A stretch of DNA of 63,130 nucleotides, filler included, from Folioceros fuciformis (Eukaryota): NCBI GenBank assembly GCA_049999805.1. It is 9 parts of 9 records of this genome, joined end to end, with 100 filler letters (N's around TTAATTAATTAA, not from the genome) between each part and the next. Parts side by side here need not be neighbours in the genome. Positions count along the whole stretch, not along the records: positions 25,533 to 29,490 come from JBNGIO010001592.1; positions 29,591 to 33,410 come from JBNGIO010001593.1; positions 33,511 to 47,789 come from JBNGIO010001594.1; 6 more parts are not named here. One strand, written 5' to 3'. Shown here in pieces: positions 26,124 through 38,195 of this stretch. The notes beneath the pieces are model-generated. The model ran no database searches. It was not told where the DNA came from and saw only the letters and a list, made by a program, of their open reading frames with translations. The position numbers and the translations under genes were made by a program. Each line of letters starts with the position of its first letter. Positions within the stretch are counted from its first letter, which is position 1.

Positions 26124-27219
26124 ATGGACTCACGCCAGCCCTGTTCGTTTGCACGTGTGCAGGGTTGTGTGACAGGCTTCCGGGCTCACAGGCAGGAGTT
26201 GCAGAACCGAAGCACCTCGGATTGCGAGTTAGCTAGCACCTCCGACTCCGTTTTGTGGCCAGGACAGCACAGATCAGAGGTTTCTTCCCGACTCCTTTGC
26301 GTGGCCAGCACAGATCAGAGGTTTCTCTGCTCCACCGCACTGGGAGGGAGGAGGTGCAGGCTGCACCAGGACACGCTGCTTCCAGGACTGAGCGTCCTCG
26401 TGGCGTACATGGCATCCGGATTATCAAGCGGGAGTTCAACGGACTCGGACCCGGTAGCAGCGCACTTTGGGATTGTGCAGGACGAGTACGCGGAGATGAT
26501 CCGCTCAATTTCCAGCAGCGCAGGGCCTTATGATCCCGCATGGACGCAGGGGGTCCCGGGTTCGCATGCCGTATGCCGTCAGCCTGAGGGCGTGACAGCC
26601 TCACAGATGTCGGCAATCGGCAGCCGGAGGACGGCGTTCCAGGAATGGCGAGGGACGCGCAGCACGGGCTTCTCCAGCGGGAAACCGAATCACTGGCTCC
26701 TCCGGAAATGCTTTAGCGGCCTCTCGCAGTTTCAGGCAGAGGCAGCCGCTTCCCAGGCCCCGGCCCCTAGCCAGACCAAGCTGCGAGGCCCCTCTTCCGA
26801 CAAGCAAGCGCGCAGATGCAACGTTCCTCACATCCAGGCTGAGCGGATGAGGAGAAAAGTGTTTAACGAGAGAATCGACGAGCTCCGTAGGTTGCTTCCG
26901 ACGACGAAAAAGGTTCCTTCCCGCCTCCTTCGCAGAGCAGAGAAGAGGTTGCGTGTTTGTGGTTGTGTGAGTGTAAGTGTGTCCAGTTAGCCCTAACCCG
27001 TTACTCTATCGTCTGCTTGGCTCGTGATATGGTGTTAACCAACTACTGATAAAGAAGGACAAAGCGTTCGTGCTGCACCAGTCAATCGAATATATCAACA
27101 CCCTGGTTTCCAAGAACCACCAACTCGCGGAAAGCAGCCGTCAGCTTGGGGAGCAAATACGAGAGATGGAGGAGGAAATTTCCAGGCTCAAGGCCACTCG
27201 GAGTATGTACGAACCTTAG
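26124..27219 (+). CDS. Divergent bHLH transcription factor with C-terminal coiled-coil/zipper; 5' structure uncertain
   Basis: HIQAERMRRKVFNERIDELRRLLPTTKK, intron 26913-27054, then KDKAFVLHQSIEYINTLVSKNHQLAESSRQLGEQIREMEEEISRLK...*. The H-E-R DNA-contact triad is intact. Confidence 0.82.
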
Positions 27220-28114
27220 ACGCACTGCTTTCACGTTTTCAACATTACTAAGCAGTAGATGCCACGTGCGGTAATTCGGATGCTCGTTTCTCTTGTGCTT
27301 GAAATGGGAGTCCGACCTCCGAACGCCGGTTAAGCAGTAGGTCCACAGGTTAGACAGGGATTAAGCAGGGGGTCCCACCACTTAAGCAGGGTTAAGTGGG
27401 GGTCCCACAAACTAATGCGGGATGAAGAGGGGTTTTCCGTATGTTTAGGGCTTGACTCGTGAATCTAGGGGTAGATGCTTGGCGCGGGTACAATCCGTGT
27501 TGCACGTGAAAAACAGGATTGACAAGGCCGACTTGGGAGGCTGGTGTTGGAGTCCTTCCTCAGTGGGCCAGGCTCCTCCTCCCAAGCCGGCGTGGATGCT
27601 CTAGAAAGCATGGCTCTCCCGATCCGATCTGCAGTCTTCTTCGCTCTGCAGTCTTCTCCGCTCTGCCTCCCACAACCTTGGGTAGCAGCCAGCCCACAGC
27701 CGACAGCAGCCTCTACTACTGTGGACGTGCACTTGTGTGTGGGGGGGAGTAGGCGGAATCTAGAGGACGAGGGGGAGGGGGATCCGGAGGCGGAGGCGGA
27801 GGCGGAAGCGGAGGCAGAGGAGGAGGAGGAGCTACAATTGTGGGAATGAGGTGTGGTCCTATCGAGAGGACGGATTACAGGCTCTACTATCCTGCTCGAC
27901 CGAAGAGCAGCGCAGCTTGGAAATTCAGAGCCGCTACCGCTAGCTGTGGCTAGTCTGGCTGAGAGGACCGTAAGTCCGTGGAGGATTGGACTTGATAAAG
28001 GAGCTGTGGTGCCTGTGACATCAGTGCTTCAGGGACCTTACAGGTTGAAGGCAGGTGCAGGTGCAGGTGCCTGAGGAAGGACTTTGGATCGTTGTGGGAA
28101 ACATAATATCCCGG

Positions 28115-29490
28115 ATGGCTTTGTCTGAGAGTGCAGCGCTAAAAGAGTTGCTGGAGGAAAGTGGATGCGACTATGCGGTTTTGTGGACGCTGGACGAACA
28201 GTAAGTGGCGGACACGCGCGCTGTAAGTTTGTGTGTTGTGGGCTTTCACAGAGTGCGCATTTGTTGAAAACTTGCGCGCGTTTTGTGTTGCAGTCGTAAT
28301 GATTACCATCTCATATATCACAGCGGCATCTGTAAGGAGTTGACTGAGGATTTCTGCCGTAACACCTTCAAAAACGGCTGCACTTCCTGGTACAAAACTT
28401 AATATCCTTCGCCTTTGGGATTCTTAAGGAGCACACACGCATCTTTACTCATCCCTGTTGATTGCTGATGTCTGAGCAGGGATTTCGCCAGAGAAGCGAT
28501 GCAGAGATGGACAGAGCAGATTATTATTCCCTATCAGTTACCATATCCCGCTTCCCACCCGAGTGTGCAACAGTTTCATAGTGTTTTGCGCACACAGGTG
28601 CGGATGGCATTGCCCATGAGAGACATTTGCATTGTTTGTACATGAGGCCATGTGCTTGAAATTTGTGTTTCTTCCTTGAACGTGCTTCTGGACGGGCCCC
28701 TGATCAATGTTGTCGGTGAATTCGTGTGTGGCAGACGATACTCTACATACCAGTTGATATGAGGTGCCAACGCGGCAGAGCCTTGCTAGAGATGGGGACT
28801 GCAAATATCGTAAGAAACGTTTTCAACCGTCATGTGCGCTAATTGCCAGTGCTTGCAGGCTGCATCCGTAATTCACCAGCGTGTTTCACAGATTGGTTCT
28901 CCGCAGGCTCGCACTCATCTGACCGCGATTGCGAGACAGATTTTGGCGGGAAGTGGGCGTGAAGAGGACGACTCTTTTCAGGAACTGATACAGGTGCTGT
29001 TTCCTGACCCGGATTTGTTTCCGATCCCTCTCGAGCTACCAGCAGGCTCCTCCTCCAGCGGTGTCGCCGATTCTTGCGAAATGGGCTTCTTGGAATCGGA
29101 GTGGAGGGAGGATGTCCCCAGAGATAACTACACATCGCAGGGGGCAACATCCTTGGGGCCGGTCGTCCAGTTCCACCAGGGCCTGACTCCGAGCTCCACG
29201 ACAGGACCACCTGCCACTGGGAAAGGGATTCCACTCTCTCCACTTGCTGCCCGGAAGACCAAGGCCGATCACGCCCGCAAAGAAAAACAAAGGCGGTCAA
29301 ACATGAAGGAGCACATCAGAACTCTACGAGATAAGACGAGATGTAAGAAGGTAACGGCTCCTCTACGTGTGCCTCTAAGTTCTTTTTTCATGTGTTTCTC
29401 AAAGTCTTGGTGCCATGTGTTCAAGTATTTGACTCTTCCAGCTGCACCTTTGTGTTTGTTGCAGACTGACAAGAATGCCATCCTCTCGCA
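28115..29490 (+). CDS. Divergent bHLH with a bHLH-MYC N-terminal-like domain, truncated by the contig end
   Basis: Spliced exons give MALSESAALKELLEESGCDYAVLWTLDE and QTILYIPVDMRCQRGRALLEMGTANI, matching the MYC_N motifs W.YAIFW and TIVCIP..GVLELGS. Then DHARKEKQRRSNMKEHIRTLRDKTRCKK, an intron, and TDKNAILS. Confidence 0.78.
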
Positions 29491-29590
29491 NNNNNNNNNN
29501 NNNNNNNNNNNNNNNNNNNNNNNNNNNNNNNNNNTTAATTAATTAANNNNNNNNNNNNNNNNNNNNNNNNNNNNNNNNNNNNNNNNNNNN
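29491..29590. other. Artificial contig spacer
   Basis: N44-TTAATTAATTAA-N44. Confidence 0.98.
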
Positions 29591-29968
29591 GCCACAACTC
29601 CTTCAGCCACTGCCAGAGTCCTCCCGATTTCTCCTACCTACCATGTCTTTACAAATTCATCCGCCATCTTCAGCGGCGGTCAGTAATTCCATCTCAGATC
29701 CACAACCCAAGCTCAGACATGTTTTGCTCAGGTTACCGCAAGAATGCCCTTGAACTTTGCTTTGACACACCTCCACGTGCAACGCTCCTTTGCCCTTTAA
29801 GGGGGAGCTTGCTCGCATGTGCAAGCCACCACATCTGACCTCCACCCACAACAACATCCGGCCTTTCCTCTAAGACTCACGATGTGCTAACAGTCTCCCC
29901 TAAATTTAATGCAAAGATTGGCACATGATGTACATGGGTATCACAAATGTGTAGAATGTAAAATGTTG

Positions 29969-31999
29969 CTATAATCGCTGACTGAACCTCGAGTTAGGGG
30001 TGCAAGCGACTACGTCACGCCGGGGCGCCTTCAAATCCACCACCACCACACTTATGTTGTCGGAGGAACCCTTGGCAAACGCCAGCTTCATTAACACCGC
30101 TGCAGCCATGTTGCATGGGGATTCCTCAGCATCGTCTTCCCGCCCTGCTCCTGCTCCTCCTCTAGATCGCCCCGCTAGACATCTCCTAGCAATCTCACAC
30201 ACCGTGTCGTTTGGAATCACGTCCCACAAGCCATCACTGGCCAGTATCAAGCACTCGTCATCTGCTGTACGCTGCGTGCACGTGACCTCCGGCTCAGAAA
30301 TGACAAAGGGTTTCAAATATCGATCGCCTGAAACAACAACCACCACCACCTACTTCAGCACCTTAACCAACTGCCCCTTCCACCGTCGTGAGTAATAACC
30401 AACCGGTTACTCACCTATGGCTCTAGACATTGCCAGCACTCCCAAAACTCGATATCCACCCCAAGCTATTACTCGACCTCCAGCTGCCTCAATGCGAGCC
30501 AACTCATCTTCACGCTCAGGCTGTTGGGACACACGCACACAAATACAATGAAGTCACAGGCAGGCATTCCCGTGAAAAGCCTTTTTTGGCTCAAAGGAGG
30601 AACGTTACTCAAAGCAAACACCAACAAGACACACGCCATGGTACATGGGAGGGAGAGGATAGTGACACATTGCCCTACAGCAAGACGAGGACCAGATGGG
30701 ACCAGCATCCCACAGGACAGGACGATGAACACTGCGTGTACCTTGTGATCGATTGACAAGGGGATGGCTCTGCCTCCGCGAGACAGGACGGCTCGAGAGT
30801 CTCCACAATTTCCCACCACAATCTGGCAGCAGTTCACAACCGCCACCACTGCGGTCGAGCCCACCGTTTCAGGAGCTATTGGATCGGGAGGGGAGTTGCG
30901 ACCGTCGGTGAGGCCCACACCTCCAATCTCTTCATCCATCCTCTGGAAACAGGAGGACATGGCTCTAAGCCAGAGACTCTCGCTCGCATCCGGGCCCACT
31001 TTGTCAGCCGCAGATGGAGTGCTGACTGTCTGCATTTCCTCAGCCAGGGCCCGGTGCAATCGATCTGCACAAAATGCGGCCACCTGCACCAGCCACAGAA
31101 AACATAAGCGGAGCTGCACAAATGGAAGAACATGCGGCCATGACAGAGCAAGGGCAGCATTGGGGAGGGAGACCCACCTGCGATCCCCCGTGTCCGTCGT
31201 AAACCCCGAAGAAGTGGAAAGCCGAGGAAGCTTGAAAAGCGCAACCCCCCATGGAGTCACAGGGGAGAGAAACAAAGGAGGGCACAACAGAAACAAAGTC
31301 TTCCATGGTACGCCTCCGGCCGCAAACGGAAACAGATCCATGCGGAGGGCAGGTGACAAGATGCAAGGGCATGAGCGGCACGGATAATCCTTCGTGAGTC
31401 TGTCCCCGCGGGGACGGCGACAGGGCCACAATACTAGTGCCGTCATGCACCTGCACCGGATCCTCATGTACTTCATCTCCATTATCCAGCTGCTGCTGCT
31501 GCTGTGCCTCCGTCTCCACCTTTCCGTCGAGGAGCTGGTCATGGCAATGGTGCGGAGAGGTCAGGGACGCGGGGCTAGGCCGAGGCCCCACAGCAGTAGC
31601 GGGTGAGGAAACGGTGCCAACATCAACCGCAGTAGCCAAAACATTGAGGACGGTGAGTGTCGGTCCTGCAGCTGACAAGGGAGGCACGTCGCTCAAAAGC
31701 TCACGAGAGCTGCTCTCTACACTAGAACTATCCTCCACTACTTCTGCAACGGTTTGGACCTCTGTGAGAGAGCTGGGCGATCTAGCCGCGTCGTCGTAGG
31801 ACTGGCTAGTCATGGAGCGCCTGCTGCGCTTCACAGCGGGCTCGGGGAAGGTTCCCGTGGTGATAAACTGCTTGAACCGGATGATCTCCAGTCGGCGGCG
31901 TCGAGCTGCGGATGCACCAGTCTCACATGAGAGCGAGTCATCCATGCAGGGGACGCTTCTGAAAGTATCTGCTGTTGCCATATCCTCCATGCCCAACAT
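29969..31999 (-). CDS. Clade A protein phosphatase 2C (ABI1/AHG3/HAI-like ABA co-receptor), 4 exons
   Basis: N-terminal [12 protein letters not shown], then [95 protein letters not shown] (Trp-lock residue present), [14 protein letters not shown] and [13 protein letters not shown]. Confidence 0.95.
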
Positions 32000-33410
32000 T
32001 GAGCCCCCTACCTAGGATGCAGCCTCCGCTGCGACGCCACAGCTGCCCAATGGTGTTAGAAATGGTGTACAGAGATAGGTAGATAGATAGATAGATGGAT
32101 GGATAACCTCACTCGCACTTGCAGTTGCAAACACAGTAAGAGCCCGGAGCTCAGTGAGAAGGCTCTACACTCCAAGCTATATACACAAGCACCAGCAGAG
32201 GGCTGAATTGCTGACTGACCTGTGCCAGGGCGGACCGCATAGAAAATAAAGGAACAAGTTGCGATGATGCAGCTGGCGCTGCTAATAGTGCATTAGCTCG
32301 TCCTCTGCTCTGCTCTCTGCTCTGGTGTGTCCCAGTTTTCTGCTGCTCCCTTCCTTGCTTGCAAGTATCCTTTCCTTTCCTTTCCGTTCTTTTCCTTTTG
32401 TTCCTTGCTCGCTTTGCTCCCTTTCTCCGTCCCTCCTTCCCTACGGTCTAATTCGGAAGACCCCGGCCTATTGGACAGCTCCGAATACCAAAGTAGGGCA
32501 CGAGAGGGCGCAAGCTGCGCGTGCTAACCATGCTCTTGGTGATTCCTCCTCTGATGTGGCAAGGGCCCGGGCTGGGCATCATCCGCGTTCCAGTAGCCCA
32601 CTACATCCCACGCTCCGCGCTCGCTCTCACACTCTGACGAGACAAGGCGAGGGCCGGGCGGCCCGTCAGATAGCTAGGGGCAGGAGGAGGCGACACCCTA
32701 GAAATCGAGCAATGGGAGAAATCAGATCTGGATCTGGATGTATGTGCAGCGGTAGCTGATGGCTGAGGCGGAAGAAAACGGGAAGTCCCCACTTGTACTC
32801 CTCCCCTCACAAAGGCACCCTTACATGATGCAAGGAGACGTACACGGCGAGGGCGAGGGCGAAGGCGAGAGGGCGAGGAGAGGGAAGAAGCGTTCGGGGA
32901 GGGGAGTGGTGAGGTGGCAGGCGGGGTGCGGGAGGAGTGCGCAGTTGCAGAGCCACTGCGGTCGCTGGTGAGCATGCAGGAATTGCAAAGAGGGACGGTT
33001 AACAATTTGCTGCGCGGGGCGGTACACGTCAGGCAGGGATGGCGCCGGCAAGCAGTGGCGCGGCTCGGAAGCAGAGGCGCGGCAGCAGCAGCAGCGACGC
33101 GGGCATGAAGGGGAAGAGGAAGCAGAGGAGTGGAGGGGGGATGGGGGCGGAGGAACGGGGTGGAGGGAGTGGAGGAATAGAGGGTGGCGAAGGAAGTAGG
33201 AGAGAGTGGAAGTGGCAGAAAAAGGGAAAGGAAAAGCAAGAGGCAAGAGAAGGGGTTCACTCACGCCTCCTGGACAAGCGCCAGGGAACTAGCTAGAAGT
33301 AGAGAACTGGAGCTAGAGCTGGGGCAGCGAGACGCCGACACGGGCACGGACACCGGACAAATGGTGGCAGACAAGGGCTACTCTCACACTCGATCGCCAT
33401 AGCTACAGGC

Positions 33411-33510
33411 NNNNNNNNNNNNNNNNNNNNNNNNNNNNNNNNNNNNNNNNNNNNTTAATTAATTAANNNNNNNNNNNNNNNNNNNNNNNNNNNNNNNNNN
33501 NNNNNNNNNN
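33411..33510. other. Artificial contig spacer
   Basis: N44-TTAATTAATTAA-N44. Confidence 0.98.
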
Positions 33511-33667
33511 GTGCTGCTCTACTTGGAGTGTGCATGACTGCTGTTATACCTTGAGTGTTTATTTCTCCCGACAACAAGACTCCTCTCCTCCTTTTGGCAT
33601 TGAGACAAATGCAACGAAGATGTAAAAAAAATAACATAATTTACTACTCGAAGTGATCAAATAGCAA

Positions 33668-33741
33668 GCTCTGATAGCTCAGTTGGTTAGAGCACCCGTT
33701 TAGTAAGCGGGAGGTCCTGAGTTCAACTCTCAGTTAGAGCA
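33668..33741 (+). tRNA. tRNA-Thr, anticodon AGT (IGU)
   Basis: Cloverleaf: acceptor GCTCTGA/TTAGAGC-A, D arm GCTC-AGTTGGTTA-GAGC, anticodon arm CCCGT-TTAGTAA-GCGGG, T arm CTGAG-TTCAACT-CTCAG. CAA lies just upstream and T-runs (Pol III terminator) lie ~25 nt downstream. Confidence 0.96.
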
Positions 33742-34815
33742 TTATGCCAATCGTCTAAGGTTTCAGTTTTTAACTCTTTTTTGTGTTTTTGTTTGCGACA
33801 GTTGAAGGATTAGGTTGGACGATTCCCAGTTATAGTAAAATAAGATCTTTATTAATTTTTTTGCACATCGTTCTCCGGGCTCTTCCTGCAAGCAGAGGTG
33901 AAGCCATTCTTCACGGTGTCTTTTCGGAAACAAGGGCTTTGGCAAAGCAGCTTGATGAAGCAGCCTTGGGATACAGAATCTTTTAAGGGCACGACGAGTA
34001 GCTGCTTAGGAAATGACCGTGCTAGAGCAGTACAGTATTCTGCAGCGAGGACTTCAGAGAACTGACCTGTAAAGATTGCCTTATCCTAATTGGACGACCT
34101 ATCAGTTAGTGCAATTAGAGCAAAGTACAAATACACCATGTTACCAGATACCCGAAGTGCAAATGTAGGATTGTTTTGCTAACACTAATCCACTTGCTTC
34201 AAAGTGACGACTCGTCAAAAGAGTGGACAACCAGAGTGTCACGGTTCCACAGTCCTGAAGTCCTGCTGAAACTGACTGCTGCCCATAGAGTATACACATC
34301 ACATAGCTTTTAAAGTGTTTTCTTCACCAAACTGTGCAAGCTTGAACGCTCTCCACGGTGCGCAGCACATGCCCAAAGCTGCAGGGCAAGCCCGTCGCAA
34401 ACAATCTCGGAAAGGCAACCTAAAACAATTTCCTCTGATAATTCACAAGTCTACAGACAGCATGCGATTCCAAGGAGCTTCCTGCTCTGAGTGGGCACAG
34501 CTTGCTCCGATTCTGCCTTCAATAATGCTACTAAAAAAATGCTTACCGAGATTGGAAGGACAATGTTCTTCCAACAAGATTCTGTAGACTCGAGTTCACT
34601 AAGTTTTGCGATCTTCAGCAAGATCTGCCGAAAACGGGAAGGCTCGCACAGAGAACAGTCCAACAGATTTGCTAAAAAAGCGAAGGCTCACAAAAAAACA
34701 GTCAGGACCGCAACAGCTTTTATTCTATATTAAACTTGAAGCACTAGAACACTTGTGGACTGTCTTCAAGTCTTCCAAGAGTGATGAGTACAAATTCCAC
34801 TGCCTGCTAGTAGAG

Positions 34816-36270
34816 CTAGCCTGCCGCTGCCAGCTCGCTTTCCTTTTTCGCCCTCTCATAAATTCTTTTTTCAAGCTCCGGCCTGAAATGACGAATCAAG
34901 CCCTGGACGGGCCAGGCCGCTGCATCACCCAAAGCACAGATGGTGTGACCCTCAATCTGCTTGGTGACTTCGTGGAGCATATCAATCTCTTCCAGCTTAG
35001 CATTCCCCACCTTCAACCTCTCCATTAGCTGCCAAAGCCACGGAGTTCCCTCTCTGCAAGGAGTGCACTGTCCACAACTCTCGTGCTTGTAAAAATATGA
35101 GAGACGTGCGATAGCGTCCACGACATCAGTTGACTTGTCCATGACCATAACTGCTGCCGTTCCAAGGCCAGATTGCACAGCTTTCAGCGCATCGAAATCC
35201 ATCTGTACATCATCACAGATACTCTTGGGAAGCAAAGGCACAGAGGAGCCTCCTGGAATGATAGCCAGAAGATTGTCCCAACCTCCACGAACTCCCCCAC
35301 AATGCACTTCAATCAGCTCTCGTAGAGGGATGCTCATTTCTTCCTCCACAGTACAAGGTTTGTTCACATGTCCCGATATGCAAAATAGCTTGGTACCTGC
35401 ATTGTTCTTCCTCCCAAAGCTAGCAAACCACTCTGGTCCTCTCCGAAGAATAGTAGGAGAAACGGCTACTGTTTCCACATTGGTCACGGTCGTCGGACAG
35501 CCATAGAGCCCAACGTTAGCAGGGAAAGGAGGCTTCAATCTCGGCTTCCCTTGCTTTCCCTCCAAACTCTCAATAAGGGCTGTCTCTTCTCCACAGATGT
35601 ACGCACCAGCACCAAAGGAAATATACAAATCAAAATCGTATCCAGAGCCACAAGCATTTTTCCCGATATACCCTGCCTTGTACGCTTCCTTGAGCGCTTT
35701 CTCAAGGTTAAGCCTCTCATTCACATACTCCCCCCGAATGTAGATGTAACCTGCACGAGCCCGCATCCCAACGCCTGCAATCAAACATCCCTCGATAAGT
35801 TTGTGGGGATCATGTCTCATGATCTCACGGTCCTTGCAAGTCCCCGGCTCACTCTCGTCGGCGTTGACTACAAGGTACGAAGGGCGGCCATCCGACACCT
35901 TTGGCATGAACGACCACTTCATCCCTGACGGAAACCCTGCACCCCCTCTACCCCTAAGCCCTGATTTCTTGATCTCATTCACGATCCAATCCGACCCTTT
36001 CAGAACCAAGTCCTTGGTCCGATGCCAGTCCCCCCGCTTTATGGCTCCCTTCAGAAACGGGTCATGCTGTCCGTAAAGGTTGGTGAATATGCGGTCTTCA
36101 TCCTTAAGCCCTCCAAAGTGAGTCTTCTCCGGCGGAGGAGGGGGTGCCGCTGGAGCCTCAGCCAAGCCCCGCTTCTGCACTGCGCGTGCAAGAGCTGTGC
36201 TGCTGTTCGATGACTGCAGGGCAGAGTGTATAGAAATTGTAGCCCTCCTTGCCCGCTGCATAGAGGCCAT
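34816..36270 (-). CDS. NDUFV1: Mitochondrial complex I 51-kDa flavoprotein subunit, intronless CDS
   Basis: 484-aa ORF with a transit peptide, [59 protein letters not shown], the 4Fe-4S motif [12 protein letters not shown], and [12 protein letters not shown]. Confidence 0.98.
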   Translation of the reverse strand: MASMQRARRATISIHSALQSSNSSTALARAVQKRGLAEAPAAPPPPPEKTHFGGLKDEDRIFTNLYGQHDPFLKGAIKRGDWHRTKDLVLKGSDWIVNEIKKSGLRGRGGAGFPSGMKWSFMPKVSDGRPSYLVVNADESEPGTCKDREIMRHDPHKLIEGCLIAGVGMRARAGYIYIRGEYVNERLNLEKALKEAYKAGYIGKNACGSGYDFDLYISFGAGAYICGEETALIESLEGKQGKPRLKPPFPANVGLYGCPTTVTNVETVAVSPTILRRGPEWFASFGRKNNAGTKLFCISGHVNKPCTVEEEMSIPLRELIEVHCGGVRGGWDNLLAIIPGGSSVPLLPKSICDDVQMDFDALKAVQSGLGTAAVMVMDKSTDVVDAIARLSYFYKHESCGQCTPCREGTPWLWQLMERLKVGNAKLEEIDMLHEVTKQIEGHTICALGDAAAWPVQGLIRHFRPELEKRIYERAKKESELAAAG

Positions 36271-36647
36271 CACGCCCTTCCTGGACAGCAGCTGGATACT
36301 CCTTCACGTCCTTCGCTGTTTCTCATCAAAGCAACAACGAAGAAAATCAGCAACAGGAGAGGACGCATCCGACAGCAACGCTACAGGCGATGACCAGAGC
36401 AGAACGTCGCACACCGCACGCACCAAAAGACGGACCGTGAGTGCGGGGAGCTCTGCACCAGGCTTCCAGTTTGGCAAGCTTTCGGGCCTTTCGTTATTAG
36501 ACTGCAAATAAAGGATACGGAACTTATTTAGCGTCTCGTTTTACGACCAAATGCCGGGGCAGTGGGGTCGGAGATCCACACCGAAGGAGCGGTCACCGAC
36601 GTTCTGTGCTCCCCCAAAGTTCGTTTCGTTGAGGCAGCAGTTTTGGG

Positions 36648-38195
36648 ATGGATTCTCTGTTTGAGCAATTTCGTACGCAGTTGGAAGAGTCTGGTGCAGT
36701 GCGGGATGCATTGAGATCAGTGGTAGCGGATTTGGATGCTTCTATTCGAGCGATGCAGGCATCACTGCTGCCGATTCACCACTGCACATCCCTCTCCACC
36801 GGTGAGTTGATGCCCCTGTTGCTGGTTAGGTTTAGCGCGAATCCAGGAAAGGAGTTCAATTTTCTTGGCTTCGGTTCGGCTCTGCGTTTAAGGGTTCAAA
36901 TGGTTTTGGCTGCTCTGCTCCTGCTGGGAAGTAGTTTGTACATCCCTGACGTTGGAGAACTTGCAGAGCCGGTCATACAAAAAGTGAGAGATCACTTGCC
37001 TGCAGTACGGGAGCAATACAGGGAGCTTGCGGACATTATTAAGAAACATCCTGGACAGTACTACAGGTATTTGGTAACAGCAAGCATGTCAATTCTATGT
37101 GAGACGTGGAGCACTTGATGATGCAGTTATCTTTGCATGGACTCTTTCTTGAAATGCTAAACTGTAAGGGAATGCTCTGTAGTTGACCTGATGTAACGTT
37201 GCTTTCTAGATATCACGATTTTTGGCGAGATCAGACCACCACTGTGGCCTCCATCCTCGCGTTTTTACATTGGCTGGAAAAGAGGACTCTTATATCACAC
37301 CCGGAGACACAGGAAATTTTAGGCTGTAAGGTTATAACCTGAAAGATCACTGTTGATTCTGCAATCTCTTCATCTGCAGGTGACTCTTTGATGTGGCCGA
37401 TAGCCCAGTCCGCTGTGAGTTGCATTCTGGCGGCCCAATGACTAAAAGCTTCTGAATTCTCCTTGCTGTTTGCAGTGACGGAAGAATTCCACCTCGATCT
37501 TGAAGACTATCTTATTGGTGAGTTAGCACTGTCGGTTGTGAGTTCTACATCATTTCATTTTGTTCCTGGTGGTAGGCGATCGATCTCCCGGCCCGACAGC
37601 GCTTGAGAGCCAAGCTGTTGAGGTCCTTACAGTTCTTTGTGCATTGGCAGGAATATGTAACTTCTCCAATGAGCTGGTACGCCTTTCTCTGTCAGAAGTT
37701 TGTTTTCTTCCCTGTCCGATCCTTTGCTGTTAACACTGCTTTGAAATGCGCGTCTGTCATGCAGCCTAGATTTGTGGTGAACCGAGTCACTGCTGGTGAC
37801 TACGACTGTCCCGGCCAAGTATCCGTCTTTCTTAGCAGCCTGTACTCTGCATTCCGAATTCTGAACCTTCGCAATGATACCTTGCGCAAACGATTCGATG
37901 GTAAGCGTTTGAAGCCCATGAATCGATTCCATGGTTAGCGTTTGAAGCCCATGAATACGTCATCACCAAAGAGCTTTTCGCCGTGGTGTGCGGACTGCAG
38001 AAGGCCTAATCGAAGCTTGTCATTTCTACTTCGTGGCATGGAGAAACGGTGAGACAAGGAGTTCTGCTGTTGAGTGACACTGGGTTTGTGTGAACCTGTG
38101 CAGGCATGAAATATGACTTGAAGAAAGTGGAAGAGGTTCTGTATGACGTCAAGATTCGAGGTCTCCAATCAGACTCTACTTTGGCTGCGCGGTGA
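36648..38195 (+). CDS. TSN: Translin (C3PO subunit), 7 exons
   Basis: FEQFRTQLEESGAVRDALR, PGQYYR|YHDFWR, DLEDYLIG|ICNFSNEL|PRFVVNRVTAGDY, LNLRNDTLRKRFDG|MKYDLKKVEEVLYDVKIRGL. Introns are GT-AG. Confidence 0.95.

Noticed and set aside
27544-27849. ORF with an EAEAEA/EEEEE tract
   Set aside because: Driven by a (GAGGCG)n repeat upstream of the second bHLH; no recognisable domain.
14187-31999. Stomatal/ABA gene cluster (POLAR-like, bHLHs, PP2C-A)
   Set aside because: The genes are on different contigs separated by artificial spacers.
32325-33402. ORFs upstream of the PP2C
   Set aside because: Purine/pyrimidine-skewed 5' UTR and promoter sequence with no domain signal.
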